DNA of 64,000 nucleotides from Dehalococcoidia bacterium (GTDB lineage Bacteria > Chloroflexota > Dehalococcoidia > DSTF01 > WHTK01). Position numbers and translations under genes: made by a program. The notes under the pieces are model-generated. The model ran no database searches. It was not told where the DNA came from and worked only from the letters and a program-made list of their open reading frames with translations. The stretch covers positions 1,212 to 65,211 of the forward strand of contig WHTK01000013.1 of the NCBI GenBank assembly GCA_009377745.1, read 5' to 3'. This document shows positions 20,892 to 30,311 of this stretch, one piece after another. Each line of letters begins with the position of its first letter. The stretch's first letter is position 1.

Positions 20892-21626
20892 GTGAAGCTG
20901 CTGATCTTCGGAGCCACCTCCGCTATCGCGCAGGCCGTGGCCAAAAACTTCGCCGCCGACAGGGCCGACATCGTTCTCATCGGCCGCGATGCCACCCGCC
21001 TCACCGCCATCGCCGACGACCTCAAGGTCCGCGGCGCCCGCGACGTCCAGCATCTGACGGCAGACCTGGCCGACCTTTCCGGCCACGAGGCGCTGGTTGA
21101 GAAGGCGATTGGACTGGCGGGAGGACTCGACGCGGTGCTTATTGCGCACGGCACGTTGGGGGACCAGAAGCAGTCCCAGGCCAAGGTCGAGGTGATGCTC
21201 AAGGAGATGAACACCAACGCCCTGAGCTACATGTCACTGCTGACGCTGTTGGGCAACCGGATGGAGGCGCAACGATCCGGCTGCATCGCCGTCATCTCCT
21301 CCGTCGCCGGCGACCGCGGCCGTGGCAGCAACTACGTCTACGGCTCCGCCAAGGCAGCGGTCAGCGCCTTCACCAGCGGCCTGCGGGCTCGGCTCAGCAA
21401 GAGCGGCGTCAGCGTCGTGACGATCAAGCCCGGTTTCGTCGATACGCCAATGACGGCTCACGTGAAGAAGGGACCCCTCTTCGCGAAGCCGGACGCCGTG
21501 GGCAAGCGGATCTACGAGGCGATGCTCAAAGGCGAAGACGTTGTCTATGTGCCCTGGTTCTGGGCGCCGATTATGCAGATCATTCGCGCGGTGCCGGAGC
21601 GGGTCTTCAAGCGCACAAAGCTCTGA
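20892..21626 (+). CDS. short-chain dehydrogenase/reductase, DprE2-like (2-keto-pentofuranose reductase family)
   Basis: 244 aa; SDR fold (GATSAIA...NNAG-equivalent, YGSAKAA catalytic Y-x3-K); immediately downstream of the DprE1-like gene as in the mycobacterial dprE1-dprE2 pair; GTG start. Confidence 0.75.
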   Translation: MKLLIFGATSAIAQAVAKNFAADRADIVLIGRDATRLTAIADDLKVRGARDVQHLTADLADLSGHEALVEKAIGLAGGLDAVLIAHGTLGDQKQSQAKVEVMLKEMNTNALSYMSLLTLLGNRMEAQRSGCIAVISSVAGDRGRGSNYVYGSAKAAVSAFTSGLRARLSKSGVSVVTIKPGFVDTPMTAHVKKGPLFAKPDAVGKRIYEAMLKGEDVVYVPWFWAPIMQIIRAVPERVFKRTKL

Positions 21627-21672
21627 TCACAACGGCCATCCGCGATAGTATGCAGCCAGAAGGAGCATACAG

Positions 21673-22638
21673 ATGGCCACGATCAAAGACTTCCTTACTC
21701 ACAACTACCGCCACTTCAACGCCGCCGTCGTCATCGACGCGGCTCAGGCCTATGTCGATCATCTAGCACAGGGCGGCAAGATGTTTGCAACCGTCGCCGG
21801 CGCGATGAGCACGGCGGAGCTGGGCCTCTCGCTGGCGGAGATGATCCGGCAGGACAAGGTTCACGCTATCTGCTGCACCGGCGCCAACCTGGAGGAGGAC
21901 ATCTTCAATCTCGTCGCGCACGACTACTATGTGCGGGTGCCAAACTACCGCAACCTCTCAGACCAGGAGGAGCTCGACCTGCTCAATGCCGGCCTCAACC
22001 GCGTCACCGACACCTGCATCCCGGAAGAGGAGGCGATGCGCCGCGTCGAGCGGCACATGCTGCAGGTCTGGCGCAAGGCGTCCGATTCAGGCCAGCGCTT
22101 CTTCCCCTACGAGTACATCTACCAGCTAATCGAGACCGGCTTGCTGGAGGAGTCCTACCAGATCGACCCCAGGGACTCCTGGGTGCTGGCCGCGCACGAG
22201 AAGCAGATACCGATCTTCGTACCGGGCTGGGAGGACTCGACACTCGGCAACGTCTTCGTGGCGGCGGCGATCCGGGGCGAGGTCAACTATCAGTGCATGA
22301 AGTCCGGCCTCGAGCTGATGGGCAACCTTGTCGACTGGTATAAGGCGAACTCTCAGGAACACTCGATTGGCTTCTTCCAAATCGCCGGCGGCATCGCGGG
22401 TGACTTTCCGATCTGCGTCGTTCCGTTGATCCAGCAGGACCTGCAGCAGGACTGCGCGCTCTGGGGCTACTTTTGCCAGATATCGGACAGCACCACGTCC
22501 TACGGCTCTTACAGCGGCGCCGTCCCCAACGAGAAGATCACCTGGGGCAAGCTCTCAGTCGATACGCCGCGCTTTGTCATCGAATCCGACGCGACCATCG
22601 TCGCGCCCCTGATCTTTGCCTACGTGCTGGACCAGTAG
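21673..22638 (+). CDS. deoxyhypusine synthase-like (DHS family) protein
   Basis: 321 aa; DHS-type motifs ...FATVAGAMSTAELG...AICCTGANLEEDIFNL...FVPGWEDSTLGN...; AAGGAG SD before ATG. Confidence 0.75.
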   Translation: MATIKDFLTHNYRHFNAAVVIDAAQAYVDHLAQGGKMFATVAGAMSTAELGLSLAEMIRQDKVHAICCTGANLEEDIFNLVAHDYYVRVPNYRNLSDQEELDLLNAGLNRVTDTCIPEEEAMRRVERHMLQVWRKASDSGQRFFPYEYIYQLIETGLLEESYQIDPRDSWVLAAHEKQIPIFVPGWEDSTLGNVFVAAAIRGEVNYQCMKSGLELMGNLVDWYKANSQEHSIGFFQIAGGIAGDFPICVVPLIQQDLQQDCALWGYFCQISDSTTSYGSYSGAVPNEKITWGKLSVDTPRFVIESDATIVAPLIFAYVLDQ

Positions 22639-22871
22639 CCCGGCGGCCGCATAGCCAACGGCTGCGGCCTTCTCACGCCGCAACATCCATAGCTTCGTCC
22701 GGGGCAGTAATTCTTGGGAATCTCCAAGACGTATCCAAGTCTAATCTCATCTACCTCCAATACCCTCGTCGTAATTGAATAGCCATCCCTCGGGGGATTA
22801 GCCCACTCGTAAGAGTTGTATGACGCCGACATCCCGGTAAGCGATTACCCGGCGTTATAGGCCAGGCCGGT

Positions 22872-22926
22872 GAGACCCGCGGTTCCAGTGTCGCAATGCG
22901 CACCGAGCTGCGGGTCTCTTTTTGTA
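22872..22926 (+). terminator. hairpin with 9-bp GC stem (GAGACCCGC / GCGGGTCTC) and ~30-nt loop followed by TTTTTGT
   Basis: Seen directly in sequence ~230 bp after the DHS-like gene; the long loop is atypical, so it could instead be part of a structured leader. Confidence 0.3.
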
Positions 22927-23476
22927 CCCGAGACTGGCTGAGATGAGAGGTTTGATGACCAACGTACAGCCCGAATTCAGCCACGTAGCCCTCTTCACCA
23001 GTCAGCCGGCGCGTCTTCCCGGCCTCGTCGCCTCACTGCGACAGTTTGCCGGCGGCGAAGGACGCAAGCTCTTGCTATGGGCCAACGCCGAGCGCTTCCG
23101 CGCGCCGCCCGGCCTGCATCCGCCCTACCACGCCCTCGGCCGCATTGAGGCCCGCAACCTCACAGCGGACCGCGTGGCCGCAGCCGAAACCGCGACGGCT
23201 GAAGCATCTGCCACCCTCGCCGCTGAGGGCTGGGAGGTCACCTCAGAAATCCTTCTCGATGCCACCTCAGCCGACGTCCTTTCCCGTCTCGACGCCAACC
23301 AGATCGAGCTGCTGGTGACCGAATCAGCGTCCTTCGCTGGCCAGGCAGAACGCCTCGCCGCCAAGGCCGGCTGCGCCCTGCTCCTCGTCCCTGACAGCGA
23401 GCACGCGACGACCGGCGCCTCGGCCGGCGGCCGCGCTAATCAAGCCGGGCGCCTATCGCGCGTCCTTCACGGCTAG
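22922..23476 (+). CDS. hypothetical protein, weakly universal-stress-protein-like
   Basis: 184-aa ORF; faint USP-like segments (HVALFTS..., IELLVTESAS, ALLLVPDSE); low confidence it is a real gene. Confidence 0.3.
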   Translation: MYPRLAEMRGLMTNVQPEFSHVALFTSQPARLPGLVASLRQFAGGEGRKLLLWANAERFRAPPGLHPPYHALGRIEARNLTADRVAAAETATAEASATLAAEGWEVTSEILLDATSADVLSRLDANQIELLVTESASFAGQAERLAAKAGCALLLVPDSEHATTGASAGGRANQAGRLSRVLHG

Positions 23477-23485
23477 GACCCTTAA

Positions 23486-24517
23486 TTGAGCTTGGAAACC
23501 CTTGCCCTCTGGGGCGTCTTTACGGCCTTTGTCGGCGTGCTGCTCGCGGTTGACCTGCTACTGATCAGCCGAAAGCAGGAGATCATGTCCGTGCGCAGCG
23601 CCCTCCAGTGGAGCGCGCTCTGGATTTCGATGGCGCTGCTCTTCAACGCCGGTGTCTTCATCTTTCTCGGCCAGGACAAAGGCTTCGAGTTCCTCACCGG
23701 GTACGTGATCGAGAAGTCTCTCGGCGTCGATAACCTCTTTGTCTTCCTGGTCATCTTTGGCTACTTCGCCATGCCGAGGGAGATTCAACCGAAGGCGCTG
23801 ACTTGGGGCATCATGGGCGCCCTGATTATGCGCTTCTTCTTCATCGTGGCCGGCGCAGCCCTCCTCGATACGTTCCACTGGCTGGTCTTCATCTTCGGCG
23901 GCATCCTCATCGTCACGGCCTTTCGCCTTGCCTTTGAAGGCGACTCTGAGATTCACCCGGACCGCAATGTCCTCATCCGCCTGCTGCGGCGGGTCATGCC
24001 CGTCTCGCCGTCGTTCAGCGGCACGCGCTTCTTCGTCAAAGTGGATGGCCGCCGCGCCGCCACGCCGTTCTTCGTCTGCCTTCTTGTCCTGGCCTCAACC
24101 GACCTGGTCTTCGCGGTGGACTCGATCCCGGCAATCTTCGCCATCACCCGCGACCCGTTCATCGTTTACACGTCTAACGCCTTTGCAATCCTGGGGATGC
24201 GAGCGCTGTTCTTCGCCCTGGTTGGTGTCATGCAGTACTTTGTCTTCCTGCGCCAGGGCCTGGTGGCGATCCTCCTCTTCGTCGGCTCAAAGATGCTAAT
24301 CTCGGAGTGGTACCACGTACCTGTGCCGGTGTCGCTCGGTGTGGTGATGGGCATCCTGCTCCTCGCGGTCCTGGCATCGCTCATGGTCCGCAATAAGGTT
24401 GAAGAAGGCGAAATTGAAGCGACTCCCCTCGTTGAAGCGGAAGACTCGGCTGAACACGATGGCGTGAGGCCTGAGAAGGCCGCCCAGGAAGTCGGCTCGT
24501 CGCGCCACAGCTCATGA
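23486..24517 (+). CDS. TerC-family integral membrane protein
   Basis: 343 aa, multiple TM helices, conserved SLGVDNLFVF motif; TTG start at 23486 inferred from conservation of the N-terminus. Confidence 0.75.
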   Translation: MSLETLALWGVFTAFVGVLLAVDLLLISRKQEIMSVRSALQWSALWISMALLFNAGVFIFLGQDKGFEFLTGYVIEKSLGVDNLFVFLVIFGYFAMPREIQPKALTWGIMGALIMRFFFIVAGAALLDTFHWLVFIFGGILIVTAFRLAFEGDSEIHPDRNVLIRLLRRVMPVSPSFSGTRFFVKVDGRRAATPFFVCLLVLASTDLVFAVDSIPAIFAITRDPFIVYTSNAFAILGMRALFFALVGVMQYFVFLRQGLVAILLFVGSKMLISEWYHVPVPVSLGVVMGILLLAVLASLMVRNKVEEGEIEATPLVEAEDSAEHDGVRPEKAAQEVGSSRHSS

Positions 24518-24697
24518 TTGCAATCGACGCCGCCCTGCTTCCTTACCTTGTCTCAACAAGATCACGGTTACTCCGGGCTCCGTCCCGGCGCTGCGGTTCA
24601 TTTGAAGCCGGCGGCCGCTGATCATTTAAGGAGCCTAACAATAGTCCTCAAAGGAACCACCAACCCAGCGGCTAACGCAAGTCAGCAGGCTGTACGC

Positions 24698-25366
24698 ATG
24701 AAGATCCTCATTTGCGAGGACGACGAGCGGCTGGCCAGGGCATTGAAACGCGCTCTGGAAGAAGAGATGCATCTCGTTGAGATCGTCTCTGATGGGGAGC
24801 AGGCGATCGACCTCGGTTACGAGTCCGCTCTCGACCTCATCATCCTCGATGTGATGTTGCCGGGCATCGACGGTCTCGAGGTCTGCCGCCGCCTGCGTCA
24901 AGGTGGCGTCCGCACACCCATCCTTATCCTAACCGCCCGGGGTGGGGTCTCGGATCGCGTTAACGGCCTGGACGCCGGCGCTGACGACTACCTGCCGAAG
25001 CCTTTTGCTCTGGCCGAGCTACTGGCGCGCCTCCGAGCCCTCGGTCGCCGCCACATAGCCGAAGGCGGCGCTAAGATGCAGGTCGGTGACCTCATTCTTG
25101 ACCCCTCGACCCACAGCGCCGTCCGGTCGGGCAGAGAGATCAACCTCACAGTCAAGGAGTTTGTCCTTCTCGATTTGCTTATGCGCCATCGCGGCCTTGT
25201 CCTGACGCGTTCGCAGATTCTCGACCACGTCTGGGAGCTGGAGAACGACCTCACTAGCAACGTCGTCGATATCTACATCCACTACCTGCGCTCAAAGATC
25301 GATAAAGGGTTCGACAAAGCGCTCATCCAGACAGTGCGCGGCGTCGGTTACCGTCTGAAGGCCTGA
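24698..25366 (+). CDS. OmpR-family two-component response regulator
   Basis: MKILICEDDERLARAL...DLIILDVMLPGIDGLEVC (REC) + winged-helix output (...VDIYIHYLRSKIDKGFDKALIQTVRGVGYRL); stop overlaps kinase start. Confidence 0.9.
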   Translation: MKILICEDDERLARALKRALEEEMHLVEIVSDGEQAIDLGYESALDLIILDVMLPGIDGLEVCRRLRQGGVRTPILILTARGGVSDRVNGLDAGADDYLPKPFALAELLARLRALGRRHIAEGGAKMQVGDLILDPSTHSAVRSGREINLTVKEFVLLDLLMRHRGLVLTRSQILDHVWELENDLTSNVVDIYIHYLRSKIDKGFDKALIQTVRGVGYRLKA

Positions 25367-26697
25367 TGTTCCGTTCCCTGCGCTGGAAGTTCACGGCCCT
25401 TTACGTTGTGGCCTCAGTCCTTGTCCTCATAGCCGTGGGCTTCACGATTTTCATCCTCGAATCACGCGCCCTCTCCCATCGCATTGAGGGGTCCATCCGT
25501 GCTGGCGGCGACTCTGCTAAAGCGGCGACGGCCACGAGCCTGCGACAAGGCGAATGGACGGAACCGCTGGACGCCGCCGCTGAAGCCTTCGATACGGTGG
25601 CCGGCTACCGCTGGCTCAGCGCCCAAGACGTGTTCATTGTCCTGTTGGACCAGGAAGGCCGCATCGTCGCTAACCCCAACAACGTGGATGTCGCCGCTAT
25701 TGCCGGCCGCGACTCAATGGAGCGAGCCCTGCGCCAGGGAGAGGATTGGCGCACGGTCCATCTCACAAACGCAAAGCTCCGCACCAAGACTTTTCCCTTG
25801 CTCGATAGCGCCGGCCAGGTCATTGGCTTCGTCCAGGCCGGCAAGTCTATGGAGGATACTGATGCTGCCCTTACCAACCTCATCCTGTTCATGGCAGTCA
25901 GCGGCGCCGCCGGTACCCTGCTCCTCGCCCTGGGCGGCTATGTTGTCGCCGGCCGGGCCATCCGTCCCGTCCAGCAGAGCTACGAGCGGCAGCGCCAGTT
26001 CGTTGCGGATGCCTCTCACGAGCTGCGTACGCCTTTGACCGTCATACGCACCAACGCCGGCGTCCTGGCGCGCCAGATTCCCGCCAGCGAGTCCGTGCAG
26101 GACATTGAGGCCGAAGCTCGCTATATGAGCAAGCTGCTTGGAAATCTGCTGCTCCTTGCCAATGGTGACCGCCGCCAGCTTCAAGTCGATCCTGTGCCGC
26201 TCAACCTCTCAGAGGTCGCCCGCTCGGTCATGCGGCCGGCCGAGGCCCTTACTCGCAACGCTGGCATCAGCTTCCGAGCAGAGCTTGGTGAAGCTCTGCC
26301 TGTCATGGCCGACCCGGAGCGCTGCCGCCAGGTGATGCTGATCCTGCTAGATAACGCCATCAAGTACACCCAGCCCGGCGGCGAAGTGGTCGTGGTTACT
26401 CGGCGCGATAGCCAGGATGCAATCGTCGAGGTCCGTGATAACGGCCGGGGCATGACCCAGCATGAGCTTTCACGCGCTACCGACCGTTTCTTCACCGGCG
26501 GCAAGGCTCGTCCCCGGTCCAACGGCAGCGCCGGCCTCGGCCTCTCGATTGCCACCGAGCTCATGTCCGTCCTCGGCGGCAACCTCCAACTCGAAAGCGA
26601 GCGAGGACGGGGCACGACTGCTCGCCTGCGACTGCCGCTCGTCGACCAGCCGGAGACTCTCAGCTCCACTGTCCGGCTGCGGCGTAGCTCTACCTAG
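25366..26697 (+). CDS. sensor histidine kinase (2 TM, HisKA HELRTPL, HATPase_c)
   Basis: 443 aa; ...ASHELRTPLTVIRTN...; ...NGRGMTQHELSRATDRFFTG...GLGLSIATELMSVLGGNLQLESERGRGTTARL. Confidence 0.9.
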   Translation: MFRSLRWKFTALYVVASVLVLIAVGFTIFILESRALSHRIEGSIRAGGDSAKAATATSLRQGEWTEPLDAAAEAFDTVAGYRWLSAQDVFIVLLDQEGRIVANPNNVDVAAIAGRDSMERALRQGEDWRTVHLTNAKLRTKTFPLLDSAGQVIGFVQAGKSMEDTDAALTNLILFMAVSGAAGTLLLALGGYVVAGRAIRPVQQSYERQRQFVADASHELRTPLTVIRTNAGVLARQIPASESVQDIEAEARYMSKLLGNLLLLANGDRRQLQVDPVPLNLSEVARSVMRPAEALTRNAGISFRAELGEALPVMADPERCRQVMLILLDNAIKYTQPGGEVVVVTRRDSQDAIVEVRDNGRGMTQHELSRATDRFFTGGKARPRSNGSAGLGLSIATELMSVLGGNLQLESERGRGTTARLRLPLVDQPETLSSTVRLRRSST

Positions 26698-26801
26698 CCC
26701 CACTCAGTGAAACGCGTCCGCCGTAAGCCATTGGCAATCGCCTCCAGATAGACCGCTGCATCTCGGCGTTCATCCCAGCCTCGAATTCGAGGCCCCGCTC
26801 G

Positions 26802-28157
26802 TCAGCCATTTCGCCGCGCCTCTTCCATCGATGGGTACAGCCGCCGGTCTGAGGTCGTATACGGCGAGACTCGTCGCGCCGGCCTGAAGAACAGTTGTAG
26901 CCCTTCCACGGAACCGCCGGCAATGTCACCGCCAACGTAGTTCTCGTTGTACGCCTCCAGACCGGCCACGGACGTCACGTGGCGCGCCAGGACCAGGTCA
27001 TGGAAGCCCGGCGCGAACCGCTCGATCTGCGCCTCGATGCGGTCGGTCAGGTCCTCGCTGGAGCCATTGGGGACGTGGCAATAAGCCCAGGCCGTCTGCT
27101 TGCCGTCCGGCGCCCGCGTTGAATCAAAGAGGCTCTGCTGCGCCACCAGGGTAAAGGGCCGCTCCGGCGTCACTCCCTTGCCGATCAACGCCTCCGACAG
27201 GACGATCTCTTCGATGCTGCCGCCTAGATGTACCGTCCCTGCACTCCGGCACTCCGCCGCCGTCCACGGTATCGGCCCTGAAAGTGCGTAGTCGACCTTG
27301 AAGGCGCCTGCCCCGTAGCGGTAGCCTGAGAGCGCTCGCCTGTAGCCCTGGCTAAGGTGCGGCCCGGCAATCCGTAGCACCTGCCGCGGCGTCAGGTCGA
27401 AGAGCACCGCGCCCGCATTGAGGCCGCTCATCGATTCGACCTTGCGCCCGGTATCAATCTTGCCGCCCAGTGAGCGCAAGTAGCCTGCCAGCGCCGCGGT
27501 GATGCTCCGCGACCCACCGGCGGCAATCGGCCAACCGAAGGGATGCGCGGCCCCGCCCAGCACGATCCCGGTTCCGGCCGTGAACAGGCCATCGAGTGGC
27601 ACGTTGGCATGGGCCGCCATTCCCGCGAAGAGCGCTCTCGTCCTGGCTTCCTTGAACACCGTGCCCGCGAGGCGAGTCGCCGGCTGCAGGGCGTTGAGTC
27701 CGAAGCGCGCCATCAGCAAAGGATGTCGTGGCAGCCGCAGCACCGGCCCGAGGATCGCCGGGGCGAGGTCATCCCAGTGTCCCGTCACCGGGCTCATGAG
27801 GCGCTTATAGCTCGGCCCGTCTTCTCCAAGCAGGCGCGCCGTCTCATCTAGAGATCGCCTGATGGTCGACGCGCTGCCGTCATCAAAGGGGTGTGCTAGA
27901 GGAATATCCGGCTGTACCCAACTAAGGCCGTGCTCGGCCAGCGGCAGGGAACGGAAGAACGGCGATGCCGCGGCCATCGGGTGGATCGCAGAGCAGACGT
28001 CGTGCAGGAAGCCCGGCAGCGTCAGCTCCTGCGTCCGCGCGCCGCCCCCGATCGTGTCTTCAGCTTCGAGGACGGTGACACGGACGCCGGCCTGTGCCAG
28101 GACGATGGCAGCCGCCAGCCCGTTAGGCCCGGAGCCCACGACAGTTGCGGTCTCGAT
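26802..28157 (-). CDS. FAD/NAD(P)-dependent oxidoreductase (phytoene-desaturase-related, COG1233-like)
   Basis: Called ORF starts at GTG 28139 (VGSGPNGLAAAIVLAQAG). The dinucleotide-binding beta-strand (ETATVV) continues in-frame upstream with GGAGGAG SD at 28165-28171 and no canonical start codon before the stop at 28191, so initiation is probably at the ATC at 28155-57 (or a base error). Confidence 0.7.
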   Translation of the reverse strand: METATVVGSGPNGLAAAIVLAQAGVRVTVLEAEDTIGGGARTQELTLPGFLHDVCSAIHPMAAASPFFRSLPLAEHGLSWVQPDIPLAHPFDDGSASTIRRSLDETARLLGEDGPSYKRLMSPVTGHWDDLAPAILGPVLRLPRHPLLMARFGLNALQPATRLAGTVFKEARTRALFAGMAAHANVPLDGLFTAGTGIVLGGAAHPFGWPIAAGGSRSITAALAGYLRSLGGKIDTGRKVESMSGLNAGAVLFDLTPRQVLRIAGPHLSQGYRRALSGYRYGAGAFKVDYALSGPIPWTAAECRSAGTVHLGGSIEEIVLSEALIGKGVTPERPFTLVAQQSLFDSTRAPDGKQTAWAYCHVPNGSSEDLTDRIEAQIERFAPGFHDLVLARHVTSVAGLEAYNENYVGGDIAGGSVEGLQLFFRPARRVSPYTTSDRRLYPSMEEARRNG

Positions 28158-28269
28158 GGTGTGCTCCTCCTTCGCGGTCGCCGGGCGGAGTCACGCCGAA
28201 GCAAATGGCCGGGACATCCGTCCCGGCCATTTTGGATCAGCGGTCGCGCTGAGGCTATAAACGCTCGAT

Positions 28270-30102
28270 TCAGGATGATGCGAGCGGTTTCTTCGTCGGA
28301 TCCACCCAGGAGTAGAAGGAGCGGTTAGAGGTGTCACGCGGGTCGCCCTGGAAGTAGCCAAAGCTGCGGATCACCGGCCAGGCCAGGCTGAACCCGGAAG
28401 CGCCGCTGGGCGAACGGATGATGTACATCGCGTCGCCGAGGTGCTTCTGCAGGTCGACCATCATCAGCTTGCGCTTCTCCGAGCTCTGCTCGGTCTTCGA
28501 CTTGCGGATCAGATCATCAACGTAGGGATCACCGGCGCGCTTACCGGAAGTGTCGGGATCGAAGCCGAGGAAGTTGTTCCCCGCCGTGGAGAACATCCAC
28601 TCCGCGAGCTTGTCGATGGGGTCCGAGGCGCTCTGCGGCCTCAGGCTCCAGAGGATACCCTCGAAGTCACCCTGGACGTTCTGGTAACGCGGGATAAGCT
28701 CGTTGTTGTAGTTGACAACGTTGGCGGTTGGCTTGAAGCCGGCGTCGGCGGCCATCGCTTCCATCACGTCGATCTGGCGGTCGTATTCGGGACCGTACTG
28801 GCCGCCGGCGCGGGTCGCGACGTATTCGACGCCGTTGGTGAATCCCGCTGCCGACATGAGCTTCTTGGCCTCAGCGATGTCGTGCTGGTAGTACTTCGCA
28901 TTGGCCCCGAAGTTCTTGTCGCGCGGGTCCATCCACCAGCCCGTGTACTCGGTCGCGGGGACGGCAGAGCTCCAGGCGATATCGACTGGCAAACCCTGAC
29001 TGGTGAAGTCGGGCACGTTGTACCAGATCTCGGCGAAGAGGTCGCGGTCGATCGACATCGAGTAGGCCTGTCGCAACCGCTTGTCGCGGAACATCGCCTT
29101 GTCGTTGTTTCGATAGCCGAAGAAGACGTGGGCGGAAGGAATTGAGACGTCCGTCGTGTACATGGCCAAGTCCGGCACGTCGTTCTTCACCGTGATGATC
29201 TCTTCCGGCCGGACGCTGTAGGTGTAGAGTTGCCCGTTCTTGAAAGCGGCGAGGCCGCTGGCGTATTCGGTGATCAGGGGGTACTCCATGCCATCCGCGT
29301 AAGGGTGGTCGGCGTCGTAGTAGCCCGGGTTGCGCTTCACGTGGACGTAGGCGGAAGGTACATGGTCCGTGACGTAGTACGGCCCGGAGCCGATGGAGAC
29401 CTTGAGCGGATCGTAGCCGCCTCTGGCTGCCTCCTTGGGCAAGATGTGATAGGACTGGCCAACGGACGCCGACATCTGCGCCGGTAGGGTAACCGCCGGG
29501 AACGCCAGCTTCATGACAATCGTGCGGTTGTCGGTCGCCCTCACCGACTCGATCGGCGCGTCGGCGCTGGCCGAGTGGTCCAGGCTGGAGCGTACGGCGC
29601 TGGTCGTGCGCCAGCGCTCCCAGCTCGCGACCACGTCCTCGGAGTCCACCAGGCGTCCGCTCACCGGCGCCGTGGGGGCCCAGTGAGCGTTGGGGCGGAG
29701 CTTGAAGGTGGCGGTGAGCCCATCGCCGGAGAACTCCCAGCCCTCGGCCAGGTCGCCGCCGACTTCGCCGGACGATCCCTCACCCATGCCCGGCTCCACG
29801 ATGGCGAGGCGGCTGTAAAGCACGGCTCCCAGAGTGCCGAACCAGGACCCTCTGAAGTGGGGGTCCCAGCCGCCGGGGTCGGCGGTTATGTGGGTCTTGT
29901 AAATGCCGCCGCGCTTGGCTTCCTTGGAGGCATCTTCAAACTTGGTGACGAGTCCGGTCGAGTCACCGCCGCCACCGCTGTCACCATCGCCACCGCAGGC
30001 AGCCAGAAGCGCCGCGCCGAGGCCGGCGGCTCCAGTGGCAGCAAGCATGCGCCGTCGCGAGAGCCGGCTGCGCGCGAAACGAGACCAGTAGCTGTTCTCC
30101 AT
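28270..30102 (-). CDS. family-5 solute-binding lipoprotein with Tat signal, paralog
   Basis: 610 aa; MENSYWSRFARSRLSRRRMLAATGAAGLGAALLAACGG; GGGAGAGGGAGAG SD. Confidence 0.85.
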   Translation of the reverse strand: MENSYWSRFARSRLSRRRMLAATGAAGLGAALLAACGGDGDSGGGGDSTGLVTKFEDASKEAKRGGIYKTHITADPGGWDPHFRGSWFGTLGAVLYSRLAIVEPGMGEGSSGEVGGDLAEGWEFSGDGLTATFKLRPNAHWAPTAPVSGRLVDSEDVVASWERWRTTSAVRSSLDHSASADAPIESVRATDNRTIVMKLAFPAVTLPAQMSASVGQSYHILPKEAARGGYDPLKVSIGSGPYYVTDHVPSAYVHVKRNPGYYDADHPYADGMEYPLITEYASGLAAFKNGQLYTYSVRPEEIITVKNDVPDLAMYTTDVSIPSAHVFFGYRNNDKAMFRDKRLRQAYSMSIDRDLFAEIWYNVPDFTSQGLPVDIAWSSAVPATEYTGWWMDPRDKNFGANAKYYQHDIAEAKKLMSAAGFTNGVEYVATRAGGQYGPEYDRQIDVMEAMAADAGFKPTANVVNYNNELIPRYQNVQGDFEGILWSLRPQSASDPIDKLAEWMFSTAGNNFLGFDPDTSGKRAGDPYVDDLIRKSKTEQSSEKRKLMMVDLQKHLGDAMYIIRSPSGASGFSLAWPVIRSFGYFQGDPRDTSNRSFYSWVDPTKKPLASS

Positions 30103-30249
30103 CGATCTCTCCCTCTCCCGTTGCTTCTATTTCCTTTACGACTCAAAGCGTCCGTTACGATTCATGTTACGAATCGTCAGACAGGCTGAGTCTATCAGAG
30201 GGGAAGGCCTTCGGATCGCCCCGGCAATGGTTCAGGGCAAATCGGAACG

Positions 30250-30284
30250 AAAAAGAGAGGAGGCGCCCTGCGGCGTCTCCTCTC
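30250..30284 (-). terminator. rho-independent terminator (8-bp stem GAGAGGAG/CTCCTCTC, 13-nt loop, followed on the minus strand by TTTTTCG)
   Basis: Seen directly; sits ~30 nt after the stop of the bicupin gene. Confidence 0.5.
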
Positions 30285-30311
30285 TAAGAGCTAAGTCCCG
30301 GACTGGGTGCG

